Origin: Candidatus Cloacimonadales bacterium
GTDB lineage: Bacteria; Cloacimonadota; Cloacimonadia; Cloacimonadales; JAIOQZ01
DNA length: 64,000 nucleotides
Direction: 5' to 3'
Assembly (NCBI GenBank): GCA_963662655.2
Contig: CAXXTU010000002.1
Location: forward strand, 2,176,001 to 2,240,000
The position numbers were made by a program, and so were the translations under genes. Positions 48,801 to 56,925 of the stretch are shown piece by piece. Positions within the stretch are counted from its first letter, which is position 1. Each line of letters opens with the position of its first letter. The notes beneath the pieces are model-generated. The model was given only the letters and a program-made list of their open reading frames with translations. It was not told the origin of the DNA and searched no databases.

Positions 48801-51800
48801 CGAGGCGGCCAGATGCCCGGGAGCGAGGTAACCCTGGTGTTCGTACGCGCCCATGTCGACGCGGTCGAATGACGACTCGTCATGCGCGTAGATGCGCGGA
48901 TTGCCGAGAATATCGTTTGCCGGAAGGGCGAGTCCCGTTGTGTCCTCCGTCGCAACGTTGATACAGAACGACCATGCCTCGAGGTCGTAGGGATCGTCGC
49001 CGGATTCCTTGAAATCGGGATCGACGTCGATGTTACCGTCTCCGGCATAACCGCCTTCGATGTCCGACCACGTGATTTCCGTGAGGGTACCGTTCACAGG
49101 ATAGACCGGATCGTTTCCGTTGCCCCAGACGACGCAGTTGGTGATAACGGGCTGGGGATTATGGGTGGAGAAGTTGAGCGCGCCGGAGCCAAGATTCGAG
49201 TTGCCGGCGATCGTGCAGTTTATCAGGCTCACCTCCGACTCGTTGCTGCAGATCGCCCCACCGTCGTCCGGGCAGTAGTTTTCGGCAATGAGGCATCCGG
49301 TCATGTGAAGGTTTGTGTTGTCCAGGTAGATCGCGCCGCCGTCGTCGTAGCTGCTACCATACAAAAGCTTGCAATTGACGAACGTCAAATCCTCGTAGTC
49401 TTCCGCATGGATAATGCCGCCGTCGTTGTGAGAAACATAGTTTCCGGTCAGAAAGTCGGGATAGCTTATGTAGCTTTGCTGTCGGGAGTATTCGATGGTA
49501 CAGTATTCGAAGTGGGAAGATGAAGGGATATCGTCCATGACATCCCGGAAGATGAGGCCACACCACGTTTCGTATTCGGAAGTACGGGTGAATGTTATGG
49601 GCTCGTTGGCGGTTCCGTCCGCGATCAGGTTGCCATAAACGATGAATTCAGAATTGATTGACATGTCGATGGTTACGCCCGGATCGATCGTCACCGTAAA
49701 GCCGGGATAGATGTAGAATCTCCCTTGGAGCGTCTGATCTTCTTCGATTACGGTTCCATCAGGGATGTTGTTGTATCCGAATACCTCGTAAGCTCCGATG
49801 TCGATGCGGTCAAGGGCGTCGTCCAGGCTGCCGACAGCGACTTCGCTATCCATAAAGCGTCCGAAACCGTCGAGTCCTTCCAGCGCTACCCCACTCATGG
49901 AAGTATTGGGATCGCCAGCGTTGATACATGGTGAATTGGAACCCAGTTTCCACGGGAGGTCGCCCGTCTCGCGGAAATTCGGCTGTAAATCAAAGCAGTG
50001 AAGGTAGCTGCCGCCGACCTGCCCCTGATCCTGATACGAGAAGCCTGCCATTCCGCCTTCGATATCGCAGTAAGTGAAATTGATCGCGCTGTATTCCTGA
50101 AAGCTCATCTGATTGCCGTCGGAAGCGGTGTTTCCCCATATGATACAGTTCTTTATGTATCCGTAGACGCTGTAGTAGTACAAACCTCCACCGTGCTCCA
50201 TAGCTGTGTTGCCGGCGATGGTACAGTTGAGGAGATTGACGTCGCAGAGTGTCCAGAGCGCGCCACCCTCCCTGGCGGTGTTATCGACAAACAGGCAGTT
50301 CGTGAACCAGTTTGCGGAGGTGGACCCGCTTTGCGAGACGGCGCCTCCCTTGTTTTGGCATTCGTTGTTCTTGAAGATGCAATTGATGAAGTCGGTATCG
50401 GAGTCGTAAAGGTTGACCGCTCCACCGTCGGCATCGGCGTAGTTGTTCTCGAACACACAGTTTTCTATTACCGGCGTGCCGTGTCCGATGTATATGGCTC
50501 CGCCTTTACCATTGGTTGCTGGCGCGCGGTTGTTCCTGAAAGCACAGTCCTTAACGAGGACTTTATCGACATTGTAGAAAAGGATTCCTCCTCCTTGTAT
50601 ATCGAGTCCACTTCCTCCGGTTTTCCCATTTTCGATAATGCAGTGAATGACTTTGCTGCTGTCATTTGTCGTTGGGGTATTGTAGAAACGTATCGCTCCC
50701 CATCCTGTCGAGGCATCAGCCGTGAAACGAATCGAATCCTGGTGAGAACCGATGGCAAGTAAGCGTCCGTCGATATCGAGCTTATATCGTCCCAGAAATC
50801 TGACGGTCACCCCCGGTTCGATCGTCAGCGTGGCACCGCTTTCAACTGTGATATCGGCGGCGATGTAGATCGTTTCGTCCGACCACACGGTGTCCGAAGC
50901 GATCGATCCGCCCTGTACCTCGTAAGCTGGGATGCCGCTTCCGACCCAATCGGTGTCGTCCATGTTCTGCAGGAATCCCGTATTGCCGTTAGCGATGTCG
51001 TTGAGCTCGGCGCTGGAACCTTCATTGAACTTCCAGCATGCGACAAGGCCGTCTTCGTCGCCCTGAAGGCTGCCATACATTTCCATGCCGATCTCGCTTG
51101 TGGAGAGTGCGCGACTGTAGATATGAAGCTCGTCGATGCAGCCCTCCATGTTGTTGGTAAGTCCCGATCGGTAGATTCCGCCTATCGTCGAGCGGTCGAA
51201 GTTTATCGCTTGCCTGGTGTAACTGAAGTCTGTAGGATCTTCCGTGCCGTCAATATAGAGGTGGGCGTCGCCGTTGTTGTCCGTGAAACAAACGTGATGC
51301 CATGTATCGTCGAACACCACGCCAGCGGATTGGGCTGTATTGATAACGGAGCCCGTCGCGGTGCGAATGTATATCCTGAATGTTCCATCGTGCCCCTGGC
51401 CGAAGCAGAAGAGCGGGTCGTTAACGCCCGTCGTGGATTCGGAGTAGATGCGATCATCGTAGACGGGGGGAGACTTCACCCATGCGCTGATGGTCAACTG
51501 GCTTCCGTTTCCGTAGATCGGCAATCCGCAGTTCTGTTCGACAACAACATAGTCGTCGATTCCGTCGAAATCCAGGGTGGTTCCGGCCAGGACGCCGGTA
51601 GCGGGGATCGTGGAGGCGTGACGCGTGTCTTCACCCATGCCAAACATGTCTCCGTCGCAGGATCCGGCACTATCGTAAACGTATAGCTGGAAGGTCTCGT
51701 CAAGATTCCAGAGCGCAAGGAGCCCGGACTCGGATCCAGTGAGTGATTGAAAACGATTGGCCTTGATCTCTTCCTGCGTTCGAACATCGTTCCACAGGCG

Positions 51801-52292
51801 CACTTCATCGATGAAGCCGTCCATGGTCTCGCTGTAGCCGCTGATCTCGTAATCGCCATTGAACGAATACAGCCCTCCGACAGGCGCAGTTCCTTCACCG
51901 ATCAGGTTACCGTTCAAATAGAGCTTCAAGGTTGTGCCGTCGTAGGATGCGGCAACGTGCTGCCAGGAATCAACCGGCATAACCTGCGGGACTATGATGC
52001 TTTCGAGAAGACCGTCTGATTGCTTGATGATAAATTCCAGGCTGTTATTGTTTTGACAGCGGAGAATAACCGTTTGGGCCTTGAGCGCAACATATCGCTG
52101 GTTCGAGGTGACGTCGCCATTGTGTTTGACCCAGCATTCGAGAGTGAACTCGCTCATGCTCGATGGTATTCCGGAGCCGAGAACGAAGTCGTCAACGCCG
52201 TCGAATTCCAGACAGTTTCCCGGGAAATCCGCATAGAGCAGCGCTCCCGCAACGATGAAAAGGATAAGAAACAATACGTTTGTGCCTTTCAT
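42882..52292 (-). CDS. Giant (3136 aa) secreted/surface protein: LamG x3, right-handed beta-helix repeats, Ig/FN3-like domains, FN3-like C-terminal domain
   Basis: Signal peptide; 'LEFDGVDD...WQHVA..G.IDEVR.W' LamG units; GGA/N.A beta-helix repeats; 'SPCINAG..DIGAYE'; 'LHDPPG' block; GWTW/GWNW repeats; C-terminal 'APKNLRI..VSLSWDSV.GATSYKVY..YYRVTA'. Confidence 0.9.
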   Translation of the reverse strand: MKGTNVLFLILFIVAGALLYADFPGNCLEFDGVDDFVLGSGIPSSMSEFTLECWVKHNGDVTSNQRYVALKAQTVILRCQNNNSLEFIIKQSDGLLESIIVPQVMPVDSWQHVAASYDGTTLKLYLNGNLIGEGTAPVGGLYSFNGDYEISGYSETMDGFIDEVRLWNDVRTQEEIKANRFQSLTGSESGLLALWNLDETFQLYVYDSAGSCDGDMFGMGEDTRHASTIPATGVLAGTTLDFDGIDDYVVVEQNCGLPIYGNGSQLTISAWVKSPPVYDDRIYSESTTGVNDPLFCFGQGHDGTFRIYIRTATGSVINTAQSAGVVFDDTWHHVCFTDNNGDAHLYIDGTEDPTDFSYTRQAINFDRSTIGGIYRSGLTNNMEGCIDELHIYSRALSTSEIGMEMYGSLQGDEDGLVACWKFNEGSSAELNDIANGNTGFLQNMDDTDWVGSGIPAYEVQGGSIASDTVWSDETIYIAADITVESGATLTIEPGVTVRFLGRYKLDIDGRLLAIGSHQDSIRFTADASTGWGAIRFYNTPTTNDSSKVIHCIIENGKTGGSGLDIQGGGILFYNVDKVLVKDCAFRNNRAPATNGKGGAIYIGHGTPVIENCVFENNYADADGGAVNLYDSDTDFINCIFKNNECQNKGGAVSQSGSTSANWFTNCLFVDNTAREGGALWTLCDVNLLNCTIAGNTAMEHGGGLYYYSVYGYIKNCIIWGNTASDGNQMSFQEYSAINFTYCDIEGGMAGFSYQDQGQVGGSYLHCFDLQPNFRETGDLPWKLGSNSPCINAGDPNTSMSGVALEGLDGFGRFMDSEVAVGSLDDALDRIDIGAYEVFGYNNIPDGTVIEEDQTLQGRFYIYPGFTVTIDPGVTIDMSINSEFIVYGNLIADGTANEPITFTRTSEYETWCGLIFRDVMDDIPSSSHFEYCTIEYSRQQSYISYPDFLTGNYVSHNDGGIIHAEDYEDLTFVNCKLLYGSSYDDGGAIYLDNTNLHMTGCLIAENYCPDDGGAICSNESEVSLINCTIAGNSNLGSGALNFSTHNPQPVITNCVVWGNGNDPVYPVNGTLTEITWSDIEGGYAGDGNIDVDPDFKESGDDPYDLEAWSFCINVATEDTTGLALPANDILGNPRIYAHDESSFDRVDMGAYEHQGYLAPGHLAASDGANEYPGYVQLLWDFNPDYDMVPTGFRVFRNDISIVTLEGQTHAYSDYTAVPGQVYNYYVQSYYGNEEGDSNCDSGYLKPNGVITGTITTSNNNPVAGVKVSINPSNGFCLELDENSSFEIEDPLCDNAYDCTFELWLRTPLANTPVISQGNHGFSIGGGALSYTDGVHTITEVVDSVDVSDNGWHHIAMVSDYANTSTYLYIDGIEVASNSTFLMNAPLSGNIVSGAGYAGYIDDIRVWSTARTQDDIMTAMNIVVAWDSQGLEGYWPLNEGTGSVAYDGTSNAHNGAIANPDWSLADPDIQLGAISDEWGEYEINQIPYGAVTTFAVTPSKTGHLFQPESRNVTLSESNIAQNGIDFTDNSLIPITGRAIFMGTNCAVDGATILLNGETTIPVVTTDEDGYYTMEVEHGQNTQLSVSYNEHPMNRTWDLGVVTYPRTNINFEDILRTQFRCEVVGGSDRWPLGEFDIYLNSVCGCYRDTITTGSWLDGTHLVTNVPPLSYNVTVEPRGSDPFGLVIDNQFQNMKTAALDLLNPDEVTDTLTYVWRAPMEISVTWPDTLSAHTFAEYPEYPFYVLQQNIWYEIEIGAFEDYNFGSFTDHVTWLTDCELTVQDDIGTQGETVHDFAGETSVIYRFAPHLPNTLSGFNRQYQNSIEFRVDDPNLDNAVIQTDWALTEGVKPLESTYASTSPDIPFLVLHDPPGDASQGVFSQSSSHSISFEAAVCTSQEHNAYMNIHLGPDFTWETGCAVMSVEHEVDIVADIGMGITVGTEQTESMEQTLTFTTSTEYATSEEDQVIGDGSDLFVGGALNLIWGVTNEISYNDTTQSVDVETSVMVSPNGFATVYVYTDNQIRNTVIPNLITIGDAESADLWQSFLDMNETNKANALPNPNHPENLSFNAGAGYTYEEECESTEGATIEFTSTVSGEFGLEIGGTVDGIGGEVGYQFSTAVTIGKSSSSETTTTTTTSFTLADDDETSDLNELADYFTVDVLVDPVYGTPVFELVSGASSCPWEPNTQPREGVTMSANRYTETGLLEGEEAAFVLTLGNTSQTGEDRRYYLSVMNETNPHGAEIRINGVPVEDAMAFDVLGNSAVQAVMTVGQGPTEYVYNDLTLLFYSEGDRGNDGPDDHFFEFERSFDVSWEAPYSRVAIESPHENWIINQAAGDSLFVLLSEYDTDKPSFYSLKLQYKRLEETIWNPGFEILREELESAPHYIRYPWYVDQLSDDAYEIRAAAVDSLLGVYYTAPVPGVIDQHSPEVLGLPEPADGILQRGDEISIFFDELIDPLSVTIENVSVDIIGGIGDVVYGVGCFENKIVVTILSANHFIENQTLEVTVSNVNDLYGNALEAPVEWEFFVNANPVYWETTKMEIIKPLGEEMLLTNQLINSGGQLSSFAIESIPVWLTVNPMSGSLLPLDSEVLTFTISEQLGFGTYRDTIYANIPGLGSEPLVIEIGVLADPPAWSMQMIGGYDYSMSITGQMSIEGVVSNDLNDVIGAFIEDAQGNLVCHGYAQTELVPYLENTYAFFLTVQSDIEYGEEIIFRVWDASECKEHYGIAESFVFLEGAVYGTPVAPTVVHAEPDLVRSISCNQGWTWLSTNLDNQTSMSVDSLLASLNPVAGDLIKNQTEYAQYVDGVGWVGSLAEISTTEMVKIKLTTDDELLLTGLLEDPYTASITYGSGWNWIGFIPHVSVSVTEALDDIDNPVTGDLIKSQKGFAQFIEGYGWVGSLLFMNPGEGYMLNTQNSGSFHYPDYNLTRGLTSQATSQRAIAAIPDIPGWELDPLDYEYSANITGNLWLDEVLLNDPDIVIGAFVGEECRGIASPIQVQGNYLYFLTVYSNQYFDTVTFKAWNEQTGEFCDLDDTLSIVSNQIIGDPVNPHEFQLPTGILSAPKNLRISIQSGNVSLSWDSVAGATSYKVYSISNPTAQGDQWTLEAITAATSWDCLLPSGNRYYRVTASTEAVRSLRKSTQ

Positions 52293-52310
52293 GGATTACT
52301 CCTTTGTATG

Positions 52311-52604
52311 TTATTGTACAATTTTATATTGGCCTTCTTTGATTGTCGTGAGCAGATGCCTCGTGGTGCAGTCGGTTACAAGTCGAACTTCAACGTTCGG
52401 GTAGGTGTTGATGATGAAATCGAGAAGCGCGATATCCGAGAGCGACTTGATCTCCAGAAGAACGAGATCGATTTTTTGACGATCCAGAATGGATGCAATC
52501 TGGTGGATCGTATCGGCAGAGAAAACGCTATTGTCAAGATCGGAAAGCAGGTTCCCGAATTTCTCGAACATCGGCTGTGTGCGATTGACAATGAGGATAT
52601 TCAT
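52311..52604 (-). CDS. Stand-alone atypical (pseudo-)receiver domain protein
   Basis: Receiver-like pattern 'MNILIV...IDLVLLE'. The acidic pair is NR and the phosphoacceptor position is Glu. AGGAG RBS. Confidence 0.65.
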   Translation of the reverse strand: MNILIVNRTQPMFEKFGNLLSDLDNSVFSADTIHQIASILDRQKIDLVLLEIKSLSDIALLDFIINTYPNVEVRLVTDCTTRHLLTTIKEGQYKIVQ

Positions 52605-52631
52605 TATTCTATACTCCTGAAGGAGATATAG

Positions 52632-52647
52632 GCAATACGCAGGCCAA
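52632..52647 (-). promoter_or_regulatory. Sigma54 (-24/-12) promoter for the pseudo-receiver/giant-protein operon
   Basis: Minus strand reads TTGGCCTGCGTATTGC, i.e. GG-N10-GC with the consensus TGGC and TTGC flanks. Confidence 0.7.
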
Positions 52648-52738
52648 TGCGAACCATTAGATGTTGATCTAATGTAAATATTTATAATAAAAAAAGATGG
52701 ACAGATTTTTCCAGTCCCGGGCCAATCTGGAATGACCG

Positions 52739-52780
52739 TGCGATTTCGCTATGCCTGCGATATCGCATAGCATTTTCGCA
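52739..52780. promoter_or_regulatory. Triplicated palindromic operator/enhancer TGCGAnnTCGCA
   Basis: TGCGATTTCGCT (52739), TGCGATATCGCA (52756) and AGCATTTTCGCA (52769), about 90-135 bp upstream of the sigma54 motif. Confidence 0.55.
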
Positions 52781-52801
52781 GAGAACGAGTTTGGGGAGAA
52801 T

Positions 52802-55189
52802 ATGACGCACGCGCCGAAATTCATGAGAATGTGGCTGAAGGAACCTCTACTGAGCATCATACTGATTCTGTGCCTGGCTATTGGAATGTCCGCCTATATC
52901 CTGATCACGGTTTACCTTTCGTACCAGCTATCCTGGGACAGGCATCAGCCCAATGGGGAAAACACCTATACATTGCAGACCATCTATACCAAGAACGGCG
53001 AGTGCGGCGGTCCGATGGTTTCCCTGGAACTGGCGAGAACCCTACTGGCGCGGCTTCCGCAGATCAAGGATGTCTACACGGTGATGGCGACCAACTTTAA
53101 TATGCTGTTCATCTACAACGATCAGCCCATCGATATGCGCTCGATATGCATTACATCGAAGAATGCGCTGCAATACCTCGGACTGGATATGCTGTATGGA
53201 GATGCCGCCACGTGCCTGGAGGACAAGAAAAGCCTGGTTATCTCCGAATCAATGGCCCAGAAGATTTTTGGTAATGAAGAGCCCATCGGACAGGTCATTG
53301 AGCAGATGTGGGAAGGGAAGAAGATATCTCGCTTTGTCGTGACGGGTGTTTTTGCCGATTTGCCCGAGAACCGGCATATTCAGACGCAGAGTTTCGTCTG
53401 GATCGACTCGTATGATATAACATTGAAAGAATCATCAACCATGTGCGATCCTGAAGAGTTCAACAAGTCGAGCAGTCGCGTATTCTTCATCCTCGAGGAA
53501 GGTACGGATCCGTCGATTCTGGAAAGGGAAGCGCATAAGATTTTCGATGAAGTGAAAGAGGCCACGCCAAACTACGATCCATCCATCGTACGAATCTTCA
53601 GAGCGGTGCCACTCAAAGAAATCCACTACCAGAATCTGTACTACGAGGAGTTGGAGACCTTCGACAGGAAGAAGCTCGTGAAATTCGGAATTCTCGCGCT
53701 GGCAATTCTCATGGTTCTGGTCAGCAATACGATCATCCTCTTTCTGGTGCGAATTCTCGGGCGCCGCGGCGAAATGGAGATCAGGAGAAGCGTCGGCGCT
53801 TCGGGTACGGATATCGTCAGACAATTTCTGGCAGAACATTCCATTCTTTATATGCTGGTGCTTGTCGTAACATTTGTAACTACCTGGCTAACGATGCCCT
53901 ATATGAAATCCTGGATTCCAGGACTCCCGCATCAGATGTCCATCGATTCGTCATTCTGGCTGTATACGGTCCTCGGGCTGGCGGTTGGCGGTATTGTAAC
54001 GGTGGTTTATCCAGCGCTTCTCGCCAGAATGATGACCGGGAAAAATTCCCGAACAAATCACTGGAAGCTGTTCATGACGATCCAGCTTGTCATTTCTCTT
54101 GTGTTGATGACGAGTTCCATGCTGCTATTCCGGCAGGTTGATCACATCACGAAGAAAGATAACGGTCTCGATGCAAGAAACGTCATGAGCTACCGGTTTG
54201 TGCTGTGCCAGGAAGAGTTTCAGAAACTCGCGCTAGAGCGCACCCGTGATCTACCTGGTGTTGAAAGTGCGGCAGTCACCAATCTGATGCCTACGATGAA
54301 TACGCCATCGACACGCGTAGTTATTCGCGGAAACAAATCCACTGGAGATTATTCCCTTTGTAATATCGGGCTAACAACTCCTGGGCTGTTCGATGTGTTC
54401 AAGATACCCCTCGTGAAAGGACGAGTTTGGGATGACGCCGATTCACCTGGCGTGATCGTCAATGAGGAGTTTGTGAGACGCTATGGACATCACGGGATTG
54501 ACCTGGGGGTTGAAGTCAAAATGGGCGAGGACAACCCAACCGTCGACCATTCCGCGGGTGAAATCATCGGAATTGTGAAGGATTGCTGGTGGACGGATGT
54601 GCGGAAGCCCGTCGATCCGATCGTTTACTGCAACGACAGGATTTATGAAGTGAATTTCCATTACCGCTTACGGCCCGGATACGAGAAAGAGACCATTGCT
54701 GAGATCAAGAAGGTATTCTACGAGTTGGAGAAGCAGTATCAATTCCGTGAGGTGGATTACGATACCCAGTGGACAATCGATCACGACTTCGATGCGGAAA
54801 GGGCGTTCCTGCAGATCGTTCTCGTCGCTTCTCTGATCGGCGTGTTCTTCACCTTTGTTGGCGTCTATGGATTGACGGCGTACACGTTGAAGCGCCAGAT
54901 GCGCGGAATGGCGATTCGGAAAGTGTTGGGCGCTACTTCCTGGGATATGCTGAAACACCTTCTGAAAGATTACACCCTTATCCTCGGTATCGCGCTGGGA
55001 ATCTCGATTCCGTTTTCTTACTATCTGCTTACCCGATGGCTTTACGGGTTCGCAAGCAGGGTGCAGCTGTGCATCGTCGATTTCGCATTTGGCTTGATCT
55101 GCACATTTCTGATCGTCTTCATCGCGGTTTTGATCAATTGGAGCAGGCTCAATCGATCGGATTTATTTGATATCTCGAGAACCGAGTAA
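52802..55189 (+). CDS. MacB/FtsX-family ABC transporter permease (duplicated permease domains)
   Basis: 'ILCLAIG', 'EMEIRRSVGAS..I.RQFL.E', 'Q.VIS.VL' and 'AIRKVLGA' motifs. GGGGAG RBS before the ATG at 52802. Confidence 0.9.
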   Translation: MTHAPKFMRMWLKEPLLSIILILCLAIGMSAYILITVYLSYQLSWDRHQPNGENTYTLQTIYTKNGECGGPMVSLELARTLLARLPQIKDVYTVMATNFNMLFIYNDQPIDMRSICITSKNALQYLGLDMLYGDAATCLEDKKSLVISESMAQKIFGNEEPIGQVIEQMWEGKKISRFVVTGVFADLPENRHIQTQSFVWIDSYDITLKESSTMCDPEEFNKSSSRVFFILEEGTDPSILEREAHKIFDEVKEATPNYDPSIVRIFRAVPLKEIHYQNLYYEELETFDRKKLVKFGILALAILMVLVSNTIILFLVRILGRRGEMEIRRSVGASGTDIVRQFLAEHSILYMLVLVVTFVTTWLTMPYMKSWIPGLPHQMSIDSSFWLYTVLGLAVGGIVTVVYPALLARMMTGKNSRTNHWKLFMTIQLVISLVLMTSSMLLFRQVDHITKKDNGLDARNVMSYRFVLCQEEFQKLALERTRDLPGVESAAVTNLMPTMNTPSTRVVIRGNKSTGDYSLCNIGLTTPGLFDVFKIPLVKGRVWDDADSPGVIVNEEFVRRYGHHGIDLGVEVKMGEDNPTVDHSAGEIIGIVKDCWWTDVRKPVDPIVYCNDRIYEVNFHYRLRPGYEKETIAEIKKVFYELEKQYQFREVDYDTQWTIDHDFDAERAFLQIVLVASLIGVFFTFVGVYGLTAYTLKRQMRGMAIRKVLGATSWDMLKHLLKDYTLILGIALGISIPFSYYLLTRWLYGFASRVQLCIVDFAFGLICTFLIVFIAVLINWSRLNRSDLFDISRTE

Positions 55190-55332
55190 ATAATGAGTTA
55201 TCTTCAATAATATCTAGTAATTACAGGAATTCTCTGCCTCGAATACCTAAATTAATCCTGGATTATTAATTTGCTTGACATGAAGTGTGATATATGCAAG
55301 CTTTAATCTTGATTAACCGCATGGAGGCAGCA

Positions 55333-56835
55333 ATGAAGACGTTACTGGTATTTTTCTTACTCGTATTGGCTTTGCAATTGGCAGCAGAAATGGAATTCAC
55401 CCAGCAGGGGACGATTCCTGTGTCGAACGGAACTTTTGCTTATGCGGAACTGAAAAACTATCACGGCGATGAGCGAATCCTCGTTTATTCGCAAACGACA
55501 ACGAGTATCTACGTCAAAGTATGTGATCCGGAAGGCAACTTAATCGAATCGTTTACTTTGACAACGACGGACAATACCGATGAACGGAAGATGAGTTATT
55601 TTGAATACGATGACACTGGTTACATGGTTGTGAATTATACGATTAGGGGTCAACGATCATATAATGGAGATAATTGGACAAGATCAGAAAGGGCATACAG
55701 TGACATATACAATCTGGAAACGGGTTCTCTTGTTGATCATCAAAACGTTGCCAGTAAAACGAGTTCTTATTCTCAGTATGAAGATCCTTATGAACCATGG
55801 TACAATTATGATTCAACAATAACCTGGACGCTAAACCCACAGCAACCTGTCACTCAGTACTTCGGTTCCGGATATTGCAAACTGAATGTACCATTCAGGT
55901 TTAGAAGACATTCATATTACACAGCCTATGATCAGATCAATGAGGAGGATGAAGTTCTCTATCCATTATACGAAGAAGTATTTGATGTGACATCTGTTAA
56001 TTACCAGTATTTTGAAGATACCGGGATGTACATATTGAGTGGGCAGGATGAGCAGCTACCTAAGATTTCTGCAGGATACAATAGGACTTTTTACGATTAC
56101 AACGATGCATGGCCAATTCGGCAATGGGTTGTTTGGGGTTTTATCTATGATGATTCACTGATAATGTCAGAACTGTTAGCGGCTGAAGCAGATTTTTCCT
56201 TTTTCGGAGTCTATGAAACCAGTAGATATGTTTTACTGTCTGATTACTACCCTGAGAGTAGTCAGTCGTTTACATTGTTAACCATTACTGACTACGAAGA
56301 CTTTGAATTCGGTGAACGAGATCTTTCAGGCAACATTATCTGGTCAAGCAGTGAGACGACTTTGGATATGTATGACGACCTTATAGCAAAACAATATCAC
56401 TCCTGTTGCTTCATCAATTGTGAAGGGAATCCTTGTACTCTCTATTACAGGGATGAGGGCAGCTCTTGGGAAGCCAGGAACAGGCTTGACGGTAGTATTG
56501 TAGATCACGGGACTTTTAGCTTTCCCACGCCCGTAAATTTAGGGAGGTTGCTGGACGGAACGATCGTGCTATTATCGGAAGGCGACTCCGATGTGGTGGT
56601 GTATCACGCAAATACAGGAATCATTGAGATTGAGCTGAACATAGAGGCCGGTTCTGGATTTGTGAATCTGGATTGGAATGACATCGAGGGCGCCACAGGT
56701 TACAAGGTCTACTCGGCGGATACGCCCGACGGCGTGTTCACGTTTCTTGCCGATGCGAGCATGAGCCAGCATTACATCACGACTTTACCGGATACGCAGA
56801 AGTATTACAAAGTGACGGCGGTATTTGGGGAATAG
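55333..56835 (+). CDS. Secreted Tyr/acidic-rich hypothetical protein with an FN3-like C-terminal domain
   Basis: GGAGG RBS, signal peptide and C-terminal 'VNLDWNDIEGATGYKVYS...YYKVTA'. Confidence 0.8.
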   Translation: MKTLLVFFLLVLALQLAAEMEFTQQGTIPVSNGTFAYAELKNYHGDERILVYSQTTTSIYVKVCDPEGNLIESFTLTTTDNTDERKMSYFEYDDTGYMVVNYTIRGQRSYNGDNWTRSERAYSDIYNLETGSLVDHQNVASKTSSYSQYEDPYEPWYNYDSTITWTLNPQQPVTQYFGSGYCKLNVPFRFRRHSYYTAYDQINEEDEVLYPLYEEVFDVTSVNYQYFEDTGMYILSGQDEQLPKISAGYNRTFYDYNDAWPIRQWVVWGFIYDDSLIMSELLAAEADFSFFGVYETSRYVLLSDYYPESSQSFTLLTITDYEDFEFGERDLSGNIIWSSSETTLDMYDDLIAKQYHSCCFINCEGNPCTLYYRDEGSSWEARNRLDGSIVDHGTFSFPTPVNLGRLLDGTIVLLSEGDSDVVVYHANTGIIEIELNIEAGSGFVNLDWNDIEGATGYKVYSADTPDGVFTFLADASMSQHYITTLPDTQKYYKVTAVFGE

Positions 56836-56925
56836 GAGTCGGAATCATCTTGTTCAGAGCCGGTTCGGAGTAAATATTCATTGACACGGCATCGTGTCTG
56901 CTCACGCTCTTGGTGAGGAGATCCC

